The translations under genes were made by a program, and so were the position numbers. Of a stretch of DNA of 63,836 nt, positions 51,201 through 63,540 are shown one piece after another. The notes under the pieces are model-generated. The model was not told the origin of the DNA. It was given only the letters and a program-made list of their open reading frames with translations, and did no database searches. The DNA lies in assembly GCA_965140935.1 (NCBI GenBank), contig CBCSLL010000228.1, positions 14,084 through 77,919 on the forward strand, in the 5' to 3' direction. The stretch's first letter is position 1. Each line of letters begins with the position of its first letter. The DNA is from Rotaria magnacalcarata. Lineage: Eukaryota.

Positions 51201-54200
51201 TTGGATGATTGGTAAGAATTCTCTGGAGTTGTTCAATAGGAAAAAAAATAAGCATATTGAATTTGTAAGATCGACGATAGATATAGTAAAAATTTTCAGC
51301 GATCAAATAAACCTTGTTTCGAAGAATTCGAACTGCGATGTTTCTTTTGTATGTACGGTGGTACTACCGGTTGAAATTCCAGTAAAATGCCTATAGCACT
51401 GGTCAGAAGACCCAAGGAGATCTTTTATGCGTCACCGGACTCTACCTGATGAAAAAAGCTCGGACATTTGAAAACGTTTCCTCTTGAGAATAGCGGCGTT
51501 TTTGTAATATGAGTGTTGAAGGTAGGAATTTTCACCATTTCCTGTGACTCACATTGTTTATTTAACAGAAATGACGTTTGGTTATAATATATGAGCGACT
51601 TCCTTATTGCGTCCATGGAGAATAGAGTGACAGCAAAGCGAAGAAATGTGTCCCAAGATAGACAGAATAAAACGATGTCTCTGTGATTAGCATCAACAAC
51701 TACATTGTGTTTCACATTCTAATTCAACAGGGACTGTGCTAACAGATTTTTCATTGGGGACAGTATCAGTTATAGTCATGTTAAACTTGTTTCGAGCGTC
51801 ATATTTCTCATGAGTCATAGGCTTTAAATAGATATGGACAAGTGCGAGCCTTTTTTGAAAACTAACTTCGACTATCAGAATTTTTCTTCATTCTCATACT
51901 AGAAAGTTCTTTGTATGTTTCATTGAAACTTCGCTCTCCAATGACTGTTGAGTTATCATTAAAGCTCTTCTTTCAAGAGAAATTTCAGTTAAAATTTATT
52001 AAGAAAAAGAACAGTTAGTATCATACGCATCCCCATATGAAGAAATCAACAGAACTTAATAATAAATTCATCATAACATATAGACAATCTTCCATTCTCC
52101 GTCATATAATTTTTTTTTAACTACAATTGACTACATTGTTTTTGTTAAAAAACAAAATCAGCATGATATTTGAAAATAGAAAATATAATAATGGAAGATT
52201 TGTATCTAATTTTCATGAGTCATCACTTTGAATTGCGCTAAATTTTAACTATTTTTAGAATTCTAGGATATGAAGTATTTCGAAGAAAAAACATCGTCTG
52301 TTGACTTGAGTTATTTCGTCAGAAACGTTTTTTCTAATATTTTGAGTTTATTTTGTGTGAAGACAATTAATAATTGTTAAAAGATTTTATTAATGCAAGG
52401 ATAATTGCCTTGGCCGATGAAATAATCCAGAGGCAAATATTTTCATAAGAACATGTGTTAAAAGAACTGTTGACATTATCAAATGATTTGCTTTTTTCTA
52501 GAATGAAAAATAATTTTTCCATTAATCTAATCTTTCTTGCAGTTTGGAATATGCACAGAAGCAACAAGAAACAGATGGAACAAATCCAGCAACGCCAATC
52601 GACTCTTCAGGTAAGAATAAAACTTGAACAAGAAATTTCAAGGACAACTACGAAGTTGAATTTTGTATTCTTTTTGACGTAGGATTGTTTTTATCCGTTT
52701 TAGTTTTTGCTAAAGTTTGTTTGTCTCATTGACTTTATTAAGTAATATTAGCCATAGATAAAATTATCCAATAATATTAATAGCATCAATTACCTCCGAC
52801 TCTCCTATATGCATCTTAGTTGGCCGTTTTTCTTTTTTCCTCTTCTTCTCTGTCGATTCCTATGCACACATACGTTAAGAAGATGATAATGATGTTGTTA
52901 GCAAGCCTTTTAATGTTGTATCGATTATTGATGTAGAACAGATTTATTTTTTTTGATTTAGTCATAGGATGAGTGGGTGCAAACGAGAATTACTTATTCC
53001 AAGTACTTGATCGTTCGATCGGCGTCATCAACACTTTGATCTGTCTTGTATATATATGCGTATATAAACTTATGAAGATGTTGCTTAATCGTTAAAAAAA
53101 TCGAACATGTTAATTTGAAGACTGCAATCCGAGATAATCAAATTAGTAGTATTTTATTGTATAGTAAATTAAGCGAAAATTTATTTTAAACTTAGTTCAA
53201 ACAAAAAAACTAAGAAGAATATATATATATATATTTGCTTTGTTTTTCTTTTAACGAACTCAACTGTATATTGTGAATGTAAAAGTTAATCGGAAAGTAT
53301 TGTTGTTCTGATTGACGAGAGAAAAGAATAGAAAAAAGGAAGACGAAGAAAAGTTTTGACCCAAATTAGCATTGCTTTGATTTCTACAACATTTCCTTCG
53401 CTAATTTTTCCGGTATTTGATCTTTTTTAGAAAATGCATAGAAGCGAAAAAGTAAATATGAATAATAATCATGGTTGAAAACAGATTTTCAACTAAATTT
53501 TATGCAAAAATTAGAGATAAGCTATATATATATAAGTGAATTACAAATGAAATTGTCTTTTTGCATAATCAATGGATATATATGGAAATAGCAAAAAAAA
53601 ATAAGAAACTGAATTTTCTCTTGAACTACGCTCTCTTATTCATCATCGGTTGTCGTTCATCGATTTCGTCAAGTGTAAGAGAGCGTACATCTTTTCTTGT
53701 CAAGCATGCTTCTTTTCTCCATGATGTCAATTATTGATTTTAAATGTCTTCCTCTTCGAATTATTCCGGAACGGATCTGATCTTCTTCCTTTTTTATATA
53801 TTCATATGTGTGTAATTCAGCAAGCGTTTGTCTTACGATAACAAACATAGAAGTATCCATGTCATTTGTCTATATGTCTATGCTGTTTTCGCTACAAAAC
53901 TAAATAGATATATATATACGATCCTAAAACGGTTAGACTATTTTGTTACGATTCTTAGTAGAAGAAAAAAAACTTGTTATAATATCATGTCTATTAGGTA
54001 AATAATCATACAGCTATGTCGTTGTTTCAAATAGAGAGAGAGAGAGAGCTATTTCTGATCATGATCGCTCTTGAACAGGAGATGATGAAAACTCTAGAGG
54101 TAACATTTGGTATTTTATATTGAGAGGCATGCAATTATTTAAGATAATCTGATAATAGTCTCTCTGGGTGTAGAACGATGAAGAAGAGAATAAGATGGTG

Positions 54201-57200
54201 ATCATAATGATTTTTTTTTCTTTTACTGTTTCCTGCATACACGAGTACGATTTTGCACGGTCTCAGGAGACACATGAATAGTAAGCAAAGACGTGTTGTC
54301 GTCAGCATCTACCATCATCGCTAGGATGTTGAATGATTTGTTATGTTGATAATAACGCCATTGCCATCGCCATGTTTCTTCAGAGTGAAAAAAAAAGATA
54401 CATAGAAGTATGCATGCCTATGTAAGACCATTGTTTGTGCGCAATGTGTGTATCCGATCGAATAAGTCAGATTTGGTAAGAAGCTTTTCAAGGATTTTTC
54501 TTCTTTCTATTCTTTATATTGACTAAATAAAATAAAAATAAAAAATGTATCGATTAACTTTGTGAATAATTGTCATTCAGTTGTATGAGAAGAAAGAAAC
54601 AAAAGAAGAGAATTTCTTTTTCTTTTATATACCGTCCATTCAACCGAAAATAATCGTCATCGAAATACGACACTTATTTTCTTCATTCACTTTGAGAATT
54701 TTCTTTCTTTTTCTTTTTTTTTTGTATTTTAATTCTTATTTAGAAATCTTTTTTTGAGAATTTAATGCATTTACCTTGAAACGTAGAGTATGTAAAATAT
54801 GTCCCTGATAGTAAAGTTTAATCATTATCATGTGTTCTTATTATTATGTGATGTTGTCATGTTGATCTGCGAGAAACCTCTTCTTTTCTTTTTCATCTTA
54901 TCCTATATTCATTTTATTGTTCAAACACAAATACTTTGTCGTGTTATGATTTGTCTGGTTTATCTTATATTGACAATCTCAAGCATTGCTAAAAAGAAAA
55001 GAAAGCACAAGCGAATCAACACAAATGAGAACATAGATTTTTGTTGTTAATTTTTCTTTTATATTTATATGCGTGTTTGAAAAGAAAGAAATGTTTGTAT
55101 TTGCTAATTAATAAATGAAATCTTTCCGTTTCTTGGACAACCACGCACACATTTATAACAAATTTTCAGAAGTAGGCATAGGTTGCACTTGTAAATACAT
55201 AAGCATAGAAAGACCATCAATTTTAAATTCTTATTTGAAATGACAGAAGTAGCAGAAGAAGGAAGAAGAAGAGAATAATTAATGCGTACTACCGCTATTA
55301 CAACCTGATCATTCGACGTTCTCATTTTCTCTCTCTCTCTATGTTCTCACTCGTCAATCACTTTCTCTCGCTTGTGCAATCACACACACACACAATCATA
55401 ATAATATGTTCTCGCTACACAAGGCGCGCTTATGCGTTGTTCTTTGTTCTTTGTTCAAAATTTTCCTTCCCTCTTTTCCCTATGTTATTGCTGTCTTCTG
55501 ATCAATTCAAAGAAAAGAGAGAAATAGCAGAAGAAAAGAAATCTGTGTGCAAATTACTCAAATCTTCTATGAATGAACGCATAGAGGCGAAAAAGGGAAA
55601 AACTAGTTGTTTCTATACACTCTTCGTTTTCTCTTCTTTTTTCTCTCTTTCTGTCTCCCTTCTTGTTCATGGCTCTATTTATTCCAACTTGTATTGATTG
55701 TCTTGAGTTTTAGTTCTCAAAAAAAAAAAGAAAACAAACAATCAAATAGTATATTCACACAGGTAGAAATATATTTGTCAATCGACGCATCTCGTCCTTT
55801 TCTTGTAAAACATCATGTTATGTTTCGCTCTCTCTCTCTCTCTTTTCTTTAATATGCTCATTTATTACTTGCTACTCTCATTCGTATTTTCGAGAAGTCT
55901 ATTGTTATTCTGTTCAAATGATGAACAGTAAGAAGGAAGCCTTTTTTGTTCCATTCTTCTTTCTTTCTTTTTTCATGTCTCTATTACATGGGTACAATAA
56001 TTTTGTCTTTAGATCTGAAACCTTGTCAAACAAGTCGATTGTTGCTAGTGAATAACAATAATAATAATAATAATAAAGACATTGAACAGCAACATCAACA
56101 TTTGACCCGATTTGAACTAGACGGTCTACAAACATTATGTTCACTCTTGCGCAAATTAAAAGAAAAGTCGGTTCCGGAAGACCTTATTCAACCGCAGCAA
56201 CTATTGGAAACCATGGAGGTAAATTAAAACGAATTGAGCGATATTGGAAATTATACAAAATGATTCAACTATCAAAATCTCTCGTTGATATTGAAAATAA
56301 TTTTATTTAAAAAAATTTCATCAATGAAGTACAAAAAAAGAGACGAAAGTATTGCCAATGTCTATATATCTTATCAAAAGACATTTACACAAAAAAAGCC
56401 ATTTGACCTCTCATTCTTTTTATTTTATTTTTTTTTGAAGAAAACCTTGTATCATAACATAAATATACTCTTAATCTTTAATCTAGCGTCTTCTTATTGA
56501 TCATGCTTCTGATGATTCTCAATTATCAATAACTGGTCAACCGATAATTCATTACAACTATAATCACCAATATTCATTCGATACAACTAACAATCAAGTA
56601 AGCTAAAAACAACAAAATGACACAGGCACTTGTACATAAAGTCGGAGCTCTAAATAAACTATTACAAAAGTCATGTTGATTCAAATATTTTCCTTTTTTT
56701 TTCGTTTTTCTTATTCGCGTCATTTGTGACATAATTTCTATTTGATATATTTAAGAACGAAACGAAGACTTTTCAAGGCATCAAACGCAAAAATTCTGAC
56801 ACGAACAATATGCAACAATCATCGTATCACCACCTTCATCCATCTCACCAATACGATGCGCTATCAATGCAACAGCCAACGACCAATGTTGTTACATTAC
56901 GTCCATCAACAACTGTTCTATTGAGTGGACCATTAGCTAGTTCAGATTCATCAAATTATTATTCTCCCCCTCCACCGCCACCACCTCCTCAACAACAACA
57001 TTATATTAACAATTATAATCAATACACTCCAACACGATCACCAACCCAACAACATTATCCAGTAGATAAGAATTCAACTGCAAAAGATCGTCATAAACGT
57101 GTCCGGTAAATTTTATTTCCGGATTTTTTTGGTTTTCGTTGAATTCTTTCTTATCTTCTTTTGTCTTAGATGTAAACAATGTGAACCATGTTGTCGAGAT

Positions 57201-58071
57201 GATTGTTCTGAATGTGTACACTGTAAAGATATGCCAAAATTTGGTGGTGTCGGGAAAATGAAACAATGTTGTTTAACTAAACAATGTGTCGCGCCAATAT
57301 TACCTTCAACAGCAACATGTCAAGTTTGTTTGAAAAAGAAAGGTTCAAGAAAATTATCACAATTGAAACCCGAAGAAGTTCTTTACGAATGTGAACGTTG
57401 CATGGAAATTAATCATCTGCCATGTTTTCATGTCTGTTTCAAGTTATTCAAAATAGAAATCAAATAATTTTTATTTTTGTTTTAGAGTGCTCACTCGGAT
57501 GCATCTGCAAGTGAAGGTGTCTTTAGTGATGACATACCTGAAACATGGTTATGTCCAAAATGTATTACAGCTAATACACCTGAACCGCCTCTATACAAAT
57601 TACGACCAATTGTTCGACGAACATTGGTTACAAACAATAAGGGAAAAAACGGACTTATCGAATTACCATACTCTGATCCTTTGCAACAGCAACATCATAT
57701 TTTACAACAACAACAACAACAACAACTGCAGCAGCAACAGCAGCAGCAGCAGCAGCAACACCATTATCATATGTATGGAGCCAATATGAATACGAATTTA
57801 AATTATACAGATCCGTATGAAATAATGGAAAGCGAAGCAAAAAAAGTAAGTGAACATAATTAATAATGATTTTAGAAGTGTTTTCTTTTTTCTTTCGAAA
57901 TTTAAGCGTCGTCTTTATGCAAGCATGTACACAGCAAATGGGAATATTGATACACCTGGCATAGCAACCCATCCATCGTCAACAATGAATAATAATCTTG
58001 TTCCTCTTGATGATATTTCACAATCACTGAACGATTCGGATTTATATATACCACAAATGTTTGCTGTTTAA
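48241..58071 (+). CDS. Lysine-specific histone demethylase KDM2/JHDM1-like (JmjC + CXXC zinc finger + PHD finger); approx 13 exons. Resolved: 48241-48270, 49499-49649, 50145-50444, 50501-approx 50617, approx 50671-50745, approx 50790-51213; later blocks approx 52541-52608, approx 55990-56218, 56478-56600, approx 56750-57107, approx 57170-57445, 57486-57846, approx 57904-58071
   Basis: Exons 1-2: MHSNAQGRRL|RNRVKKNYVDDDNDDFFEE (GTAAGT donor at 48271). JmjC region: 'FNLSYVQRTGFPNPIVIKQHRGLGLRVPTSKFTVHDVRTCVGSQRLIDVVHVDTQQSSQMTMKSWTDYYDQPSEKRTRLLNVISLEFSHTKLE', 'YALMSVAKCFTDFHID', '[23 protein letters not shown]...[54 protein letters not shown]...WYVIERY'. All of these align with human KDM2A/B. 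CXXC: 'CKQCEPCCRDDCSECVHCKDMPKFGGVGKMKQCCLTKQCVAPILPSTATCQVC'. PHD-like: 'ETWLCPKC'. Downstream are a poly-Q tract (57700-57765) and a poly-N tract (approx 56055-56085). There is a stop at 58071 with no F-box/LRR found in the window. Confidence 0.8.
57700..57765 (+). repeat. Coding CAA/CAG trinucleotide repeat (poly-glutamine tract, approx 20 Q) within the KDM2-like gene
   Basis: 'CAACAACAACAACAACAACTGCAGCAGCAACAGCAGCAGCAGCAGCAGCAACAC' translates to QQQQQQQLQQQQQQQQQQHH. Confidence 0.85.
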
Positions 58072-59017
58072 TATATATATATATATTTTTTTTTTCTTCT
58101 TCTCATTCTTTCTCACTCTCTCTTGCTTTTGATAGTTATCATCGATTCCTCTTTTTGAATTAGGCTACGAGCAGATACCCCGGTGTATGTGCATGAGTAT
58201 AAAAATTAAGAAAAAAAAAAGAGAAAGACAAAGAGAGTCTGTGTATTTACTTTTCATTTTTATTTACTATTCATTCATTTGTTTTGTTTTTCTTTTTCGT
58301 CAGTCATTTCTGTCTCGTCTCTTTTTTTCTCACTCTCTCTCTCTCTCTTCTGTACTTATTACTGTTCAATTTCTTTTCAAGATAAAGACAGATGAAGAAA
58401 CAGCAGAAAAAAATTCAAGATGTCGAAATGCATATATAATTTGACACGCAATAACATTATTCATTGGCAAAAGATTTTAGTTCCTTTCTATTTGTTTGAT
58501 TGACCTTTCATTTAAAATGCATTGTTTGAACATTTCCCTTTTTCTTTTTTCTTCTTCAAAAAAAGAAAAATTTAATCAATGATTAATTATCCAATCTAGT
58601 CGTGTTGATTCAAAGAAATTTAACAGAAGATGAAAAATAACACTGATTGGCAACTTTGTTGCAGTAAAACTATATTTGTTTTTGAATATTTCATATGACA
58701 TTTATTGACACAGATATAATTGATTTTCTTTTTGTATTCTGCTAAGGAGAAGAGAGAAGAAGGAGGAAAAAAAAGAAAGAAAATCGTTTTTTCATCAATA
58801 TCAGAAATACTTTTTAAAAACGTTAATGTGCACTCAATTGAATCTCTTATTCTTGACAATCGATTTTGTCTACATGGTATTTCCATGGATTTCTAACAAA
58901 ACGAGTTTCTGAATTTAAACATTTATTTAATCAAATGCAAAATGCCAATCTAGGTTATATATAAAAAAAGATAGTTTTCTTTTGTTTAATAGATCTGTCT
59001 AGAATTCATCGTGATGT

Positions 59018-59504
59018 TCATTTGCGTTTTTCTTCCTTGCTTTTCCGACGCTGCAATGGCGAATCTACTCTTCGAGCTTCAAAAACACGTTGTTGTTGTA
59101 ATGGCCAATACTGTTGATAACCAGAAACATTTTGACCTAAATACGATTGAGGCCAAAGCGAAGCTTGTTGCTGTTGCGGATAATACGAAAGCTGCTGCTG
59201 ATAAAATGGATATTGTGCTACTTGTTGCGGATAGTAGCTCTGCTGAGGGTAGTAGCTTTGTTGAGGATAGGAATATTGTTGCGGATAGTAGCTTTGCTGA
59301 GGATAGGGATACTGTTGCGGTTGGTAGTATTGTTGTGGATATGATGCACCATATCCTGGATATTGCTGTGGTAGAGCAGCATTTGAAAAAGCATTAAAAC
59401 TGCCTGTGCAAGGTGCACATTGTTGACACTTAAAAAAACGAAGTTCAATTGTTAGTTTATTTTATAAAAGGAAAAACTCTCACTTGTTGTGGAACGGCTT
59501 GCAT
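59018..59504 (-). CDS. Small Gln/Tyr/Pro-rich tandem-repeat protein (approx 144 aa), 2 exons: 59484-59504 and 59018-59428 (minus strand)
   Basis: Minus-strand model: ATG at 59504, 21-nt exon 'MQAVPQQ', GTGAGA donor, 55-bp intron ending ...TTTAAG, then the second exon. It translates to 'CQQCAPCTGSFNAFSNAALPQQYPGYGASYPQQYYQPQQYPYPQQSYYPQQYSYPQQSYYPQQSYYPQQVAQYPFYQQQLSYYPQQQQASLWPQSYLGQNVSGYQQYWPLQQQRVFEARRVDSPLQRRKSKEEKRK*' (stop TGA 59018-59020). There are TATA-like elements (59596-59607) upstream and ATTAAA/AATAAA signals downstream at approx 58905-58925. No homolog recognised, so this rests on gene structure only. Confidence 0.45.
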
Positions 59505-62187
59505 TGCTGTGTATATGTTTGAATAAGATGCGAATATTAAAAAGAGTGTTTTGTAATGAAAGTACTGTGTTTATATACTCGAATGTTTAATGATAGCTAT
59601 ATAAAAACTAAGGGTCGAAGGTCTTTTTCTTTTTTGCTTCAGGCAGTTTCTTTATTGTCAAATAAATATATCATGATGTCAGATATTAAGAGTGAGAATA
59701 GTCTATACATATTTGGACTTGATACTTAAGGAGACAAAGATCTCTCATAAAGTATTGATAACGCATTTTGATAAACGAATCATGACCATGAAGAGAAAAA
59801 AATTAATTTTGTGCCGATGAGTAATACAAATCATAGGCAGAGTTCAACAATGTTGTGTTTTATTATTGCGATATTTAAATCAGTCGTGCAGAACAGCGTA
59901 GCTGTTTCTTTAGATAGTTTCATATATGATTCATTCAAGAAAATTACTTTAAGTTTGTAAATTAATCATCAAAAATTTAGATGTTAATATGCATATTAAA
60001 TGTTAAGATAACAAGTAATTTATCCATTAGAATATAACGATTTATATGTGAATTTTTAATCTAAACTATGTACTCATGTCGATATTGCAGAATATTATAA
60101 GGAGAAAAAAAAATAGTCATAAATATGTTATAGATTTTATTGAAAAGTATAAAAGCGAAAGTTATTCCTTGAATAAGGACATTGACACTATGAACTATAG
60201 CTGGCAGGTATGATTGAAAGAACATACTTACTGCCTAGCGGCATCTCTAAAGTGAAGAATTTTATTTGACACATAGAAACTAGCCACACGAATAGGTTCG
60301 TATTTTTAAATCATACGATCTGTTAGTACGCTTGTAAGCAAAGATCCATCGATCTAGCCAATCACGCGCCGTCATTCCTGTTATCATTAATTGAATTTAT
60401 AAGATGCGGTAACTTGCACTGAAATCACTATTTTTTAATGATAGTATCACAAAAACAACGTTCGATATGCCTACGTTAGTGCGAACAAACATATCACTAG
60501 GGAATATTACTGTCAACAATGGCAATACGGTCTATATTATTCTATAGGACTGTAATCGTTCATGTCTGATTCACAGGTTAATTTTTACTAGCACCAAATT
60601 CGCTTTGATTTTTCTATATAAAGAAAAAATGTCGAATATAAACGTACTTTTCAATCACAAATCGATTGACGTTAATGAGGCAAAGCGAATAAATTAGATA
60701 CACAATGCTGAAAACTAAAACTGGTATTCACAGTTTGATCTGCTTGAATAAGTTATGTCCATTTTTTACATTCAAAATATTCCCTGCCGTACTATTTTTC
60801 CTTTGTGCATTTTCTACTAAATCCTATTTCATTCCTACCATTTGAGAATGATGAAGCCATTGAAACCCTATAGCAGATGCCTCCTACACAATAATCAATA
60901 GGTTTGAAAATCCAATGTCTATCATTACAAGTATAGTGTTTATATCGAATGACGATGTTATATTTAGCATTTACATGGGTATGAATTTTTTCTATAAAGC
61001 GAAATTGAAGAATTCGAGGAAACAAAACAAAGCAAATATTTTGATTGATGTAACAAAGGAAATGTATCGGTGAGCTATTGATAAAGCAAAAGAACGATGT
61101 TGCAGAGTCTGCGTCTGCTAGCTATGAAATATTATCAAAGAGGAAAAACCTAGAGTCGTTTATATAAATAGCACGAGTTCCGATCTCCGAATATAGAATT
61201 AGTAGTCTGTAATCAGGCTCGAATACTAATTACATAATAATGCGAGTCATATGTTATTCACAAATCGCACATAATCACTTCAAACTTCTGTTCGATCTTG
61301 ATACTTATAAATCAAAGGGTTTTCTTTTTCTATTGTACTTTTTGTTTCATAGAAAGCCTGAAAAACAAAATTCACAAAAGAATTCAACCGTATTTTATTG
61401 TCGATTTGTATAGCATTTCCTGTAAGATGATCAGTATTGTTTTACTTCCGATTTTCTTTTTATAATGTCCCGTTGCCGACGTGTTACGATAGGATGCATG
61501 CATTGTTTGAAACAAAATTTCCACACACAAAAGTACTTTATTATGATAAAACATGCCGCTCTGTAAAGGGCACATTGTTACAGTAAAATAAATGCTGTCC
61601 TGTCCGAGTGGTCCTTTTGTCGGGGTATCGGCGATTATGCTGGCACCTGACAATCTCAGAACGATCTATAAATTTTGTTTTCGGTTGATTGATAATATAT
61701 ATATTCCTGAAGATTAACACATGGCACATTATTTCGAAGTCATTTATTCTCCAAAGCGACAATTGAAAGCTTTCTAGAAAAGCAAAACAGATCTATTTTA
61801 ATACTATCAGCACAAAAAAAAAGAAAAAGAAACAAAAGCCCACTATTGGTGAATCCAAAAATCCCGCCATTATACAAATGAATTGAAGCGAAGATATTCC
61901 GATAGTTTTTTTTCTCTATCATACTGTTTTTTTATGCTTCATCCCAAATATAGAAAGTGTGAATGGGAGAGGGAGCGAGAAAAAAGTCCAAAATCTATTT
62001 GTTATAGAGAAAATAGAACAACTTCAAGTGGAATTTATATCAAAGTTATTTCTATGTTTAATGTTATTCGACATATTTCTTTCCAACTAACAATTATTTT
62101 CTCTACTACTCAAACAAGCAAGGTACTAGTATTTGAATATCAACAAAAACCTTTAATTCGATGTTTTGAAATCTTCTAGAAATTATT

Positions 62188-62451
62188 ATGCGTGCAACAT
62201 TGATGAATAGTCTATTATGCTGTTTTTTCATGGTTCTTCTCGGTATAACATTTTTGTCGAGTGCATCAATTGAAAATAATGAACACTCTCTTGATGATAA
62301 GGACTACAACAGTTTTTATCCAGTGCATGCATTCGATGATCGTGCAGTTAAATCACGATTTTGGAAACGTGCTCCACGTCGTCATTTTTGGAAACGATCA
62401 GTGGTTGAGCCATCAATGCAAAATGATAATACGGCTAAACCTGTCTCTTAA
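62188..62451 (+). CDS. Putative small secreted prepropeptide (87 aa) with signal peptide and two dibasic-flanked R[S/H]FWKR motifs
   Basis: Single ORF 'MRATLMNSLLCCFFMVLLGITFLSSASIENNEHSLDDKDYNSFYPVHAFDDRAVKSRFWKRAPRRHFWKRSVVEPSMQNDNTAKPVS*'. It has a hydrophobic N-terminal signal (predicted cleavage approx after SSAS) and an acidic spacer. It then carries two copies of xRxFW followed by KR (prohormone-convertase-type sites), a layout typical of neuropeptide / antimicrobial peptide precursors. No homolog recognised. Confidence 0.35.
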   Translation: MRATLMNSLLCCFFMVLLGITFLSSASIENNEHSLDDKDYNSFYPVHAFDDRAVKSRFWKRAPRRHFWKRSVVEPSMQNDNTAKPVS

Positions 62452-62927
62452 CAGCTTCAACAACAGAATAAACATTGAACTATAGAAGAAAAAATAAATA
62501 AAACAGCACAAGTTCTTTTTGTCCTTTTTCTACTTTCTTCAATAGAGACTCACTGATGCAATACTTTATCATCGAAGACATTAGCCCATTCATTTTGAGT
62601 ATAATTGAATAAAAAATAAAAGTAAGAAGCACGAAAAAGAAATATGTATCCTTGTCATTAGCTATCGATAATGCAATCGAATCCACAGGGAGACAGTCAT
62701 TGTGCTTCTAATGAAGCTTTTAACTACCAATTGTTAAGAAGGACAATCATAGAAATATTCAATATAGGTAATAATTCATTTGAATCATTCTTTTATCTCT
62801 TTTTTTCACCAACATTTATTCATGCATGCACTCAATAAAAATTTACAACAATAGAAAAAGAGATTCAAGATTGTTCTGATTGTGTCAAAGAACATGTATT
62901 GATATGGTCGATCTTTCGTCTGGATTA

Positions 62928-63251
62928 TTAATATACTGAATTGGTTGATAATCTGAGTATTTGTTTAATACTTGAGGGTGTGTAATTTCTTGATTTAACA
63001 CGTCGAACTTTGGGATAGCCTAAATGACTATTAATTTGAGGTACCATTGCATTTCTTGCGCTTGGATTAGTACTTCGATATATTTTAGCGACACATTGAA
63101 TACATAACAATAATATAGATAACACAACTATGACCACGCCAATAATAAAAAGCCATTGATTTAAAGATTCTTCTGAATTTGGCCATTGAAAATTATCTGA
63201 AGGTAGTCGACTCATAGCTTTTAATTCTTTTTTAATTGACTTTTTATGCAA
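62928..63251 (-). CDS. Hypothetical small single-pass membrane protein (107 aa)
   Basis: ORF 'MHKKSIKKELKAMSRLPSDNFQWPNSEESLNQWLFIIGVVIVVLSILLLCIQCVAKIYRS...' with one clear TM helix (LFIIGVVIVVLSILLLCI). No recognisable family. It could be an exon of a larger gene. Confidence 0.2.
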   Translation of the reverse strand: MHKKSIKKELKAMSRLPSDNFQWPNSEESLNQWLFIIGVVIVVLSILLLCIQCVAKIYRSTNPSARNAMVPQINSHLGYPKVRRVKSRNYTPSSIKQILRLSTNSVY

Positions 63252-63540
63252 TAAGAAAGGAAATTGAAATGATTTTGAAAAAAAAACATGACATATAAAT
63301 TGATGTTGAATTTTTCTAACATTATGTAAATCATGTTAAATTCCATGTTCTTCTATTGATACATTCACTTCGATCTCTCGACATGGATTTCTTCCCGATA
63401 AAAAACAAAATTTGCAAGCCAAGTAGCCTATTGTAATAATTATTTTCTATAATCCCAGGTTATTATTACAGCGGAGACTTTTGTTGATATTAAAAAAATC
63501 CACTCCGTTTTTGATTATCATACGTCAGTATTGATTATTT

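Noticed and set aside
59011-59397. Plus-strand ORF (128 aa, Ala/Val/Asp-rich, apparent GTG start)
   Set aside because: It is the antisense shadow of the much more gene-like minus-strand Q/Y/P-rich ORF. That minus-strand ORF has an ATG, a canonical GTGAGA...AG mini-intron and TATA/poly(A) signals. The plus-strand frame has no ATG start and no supporting signals.
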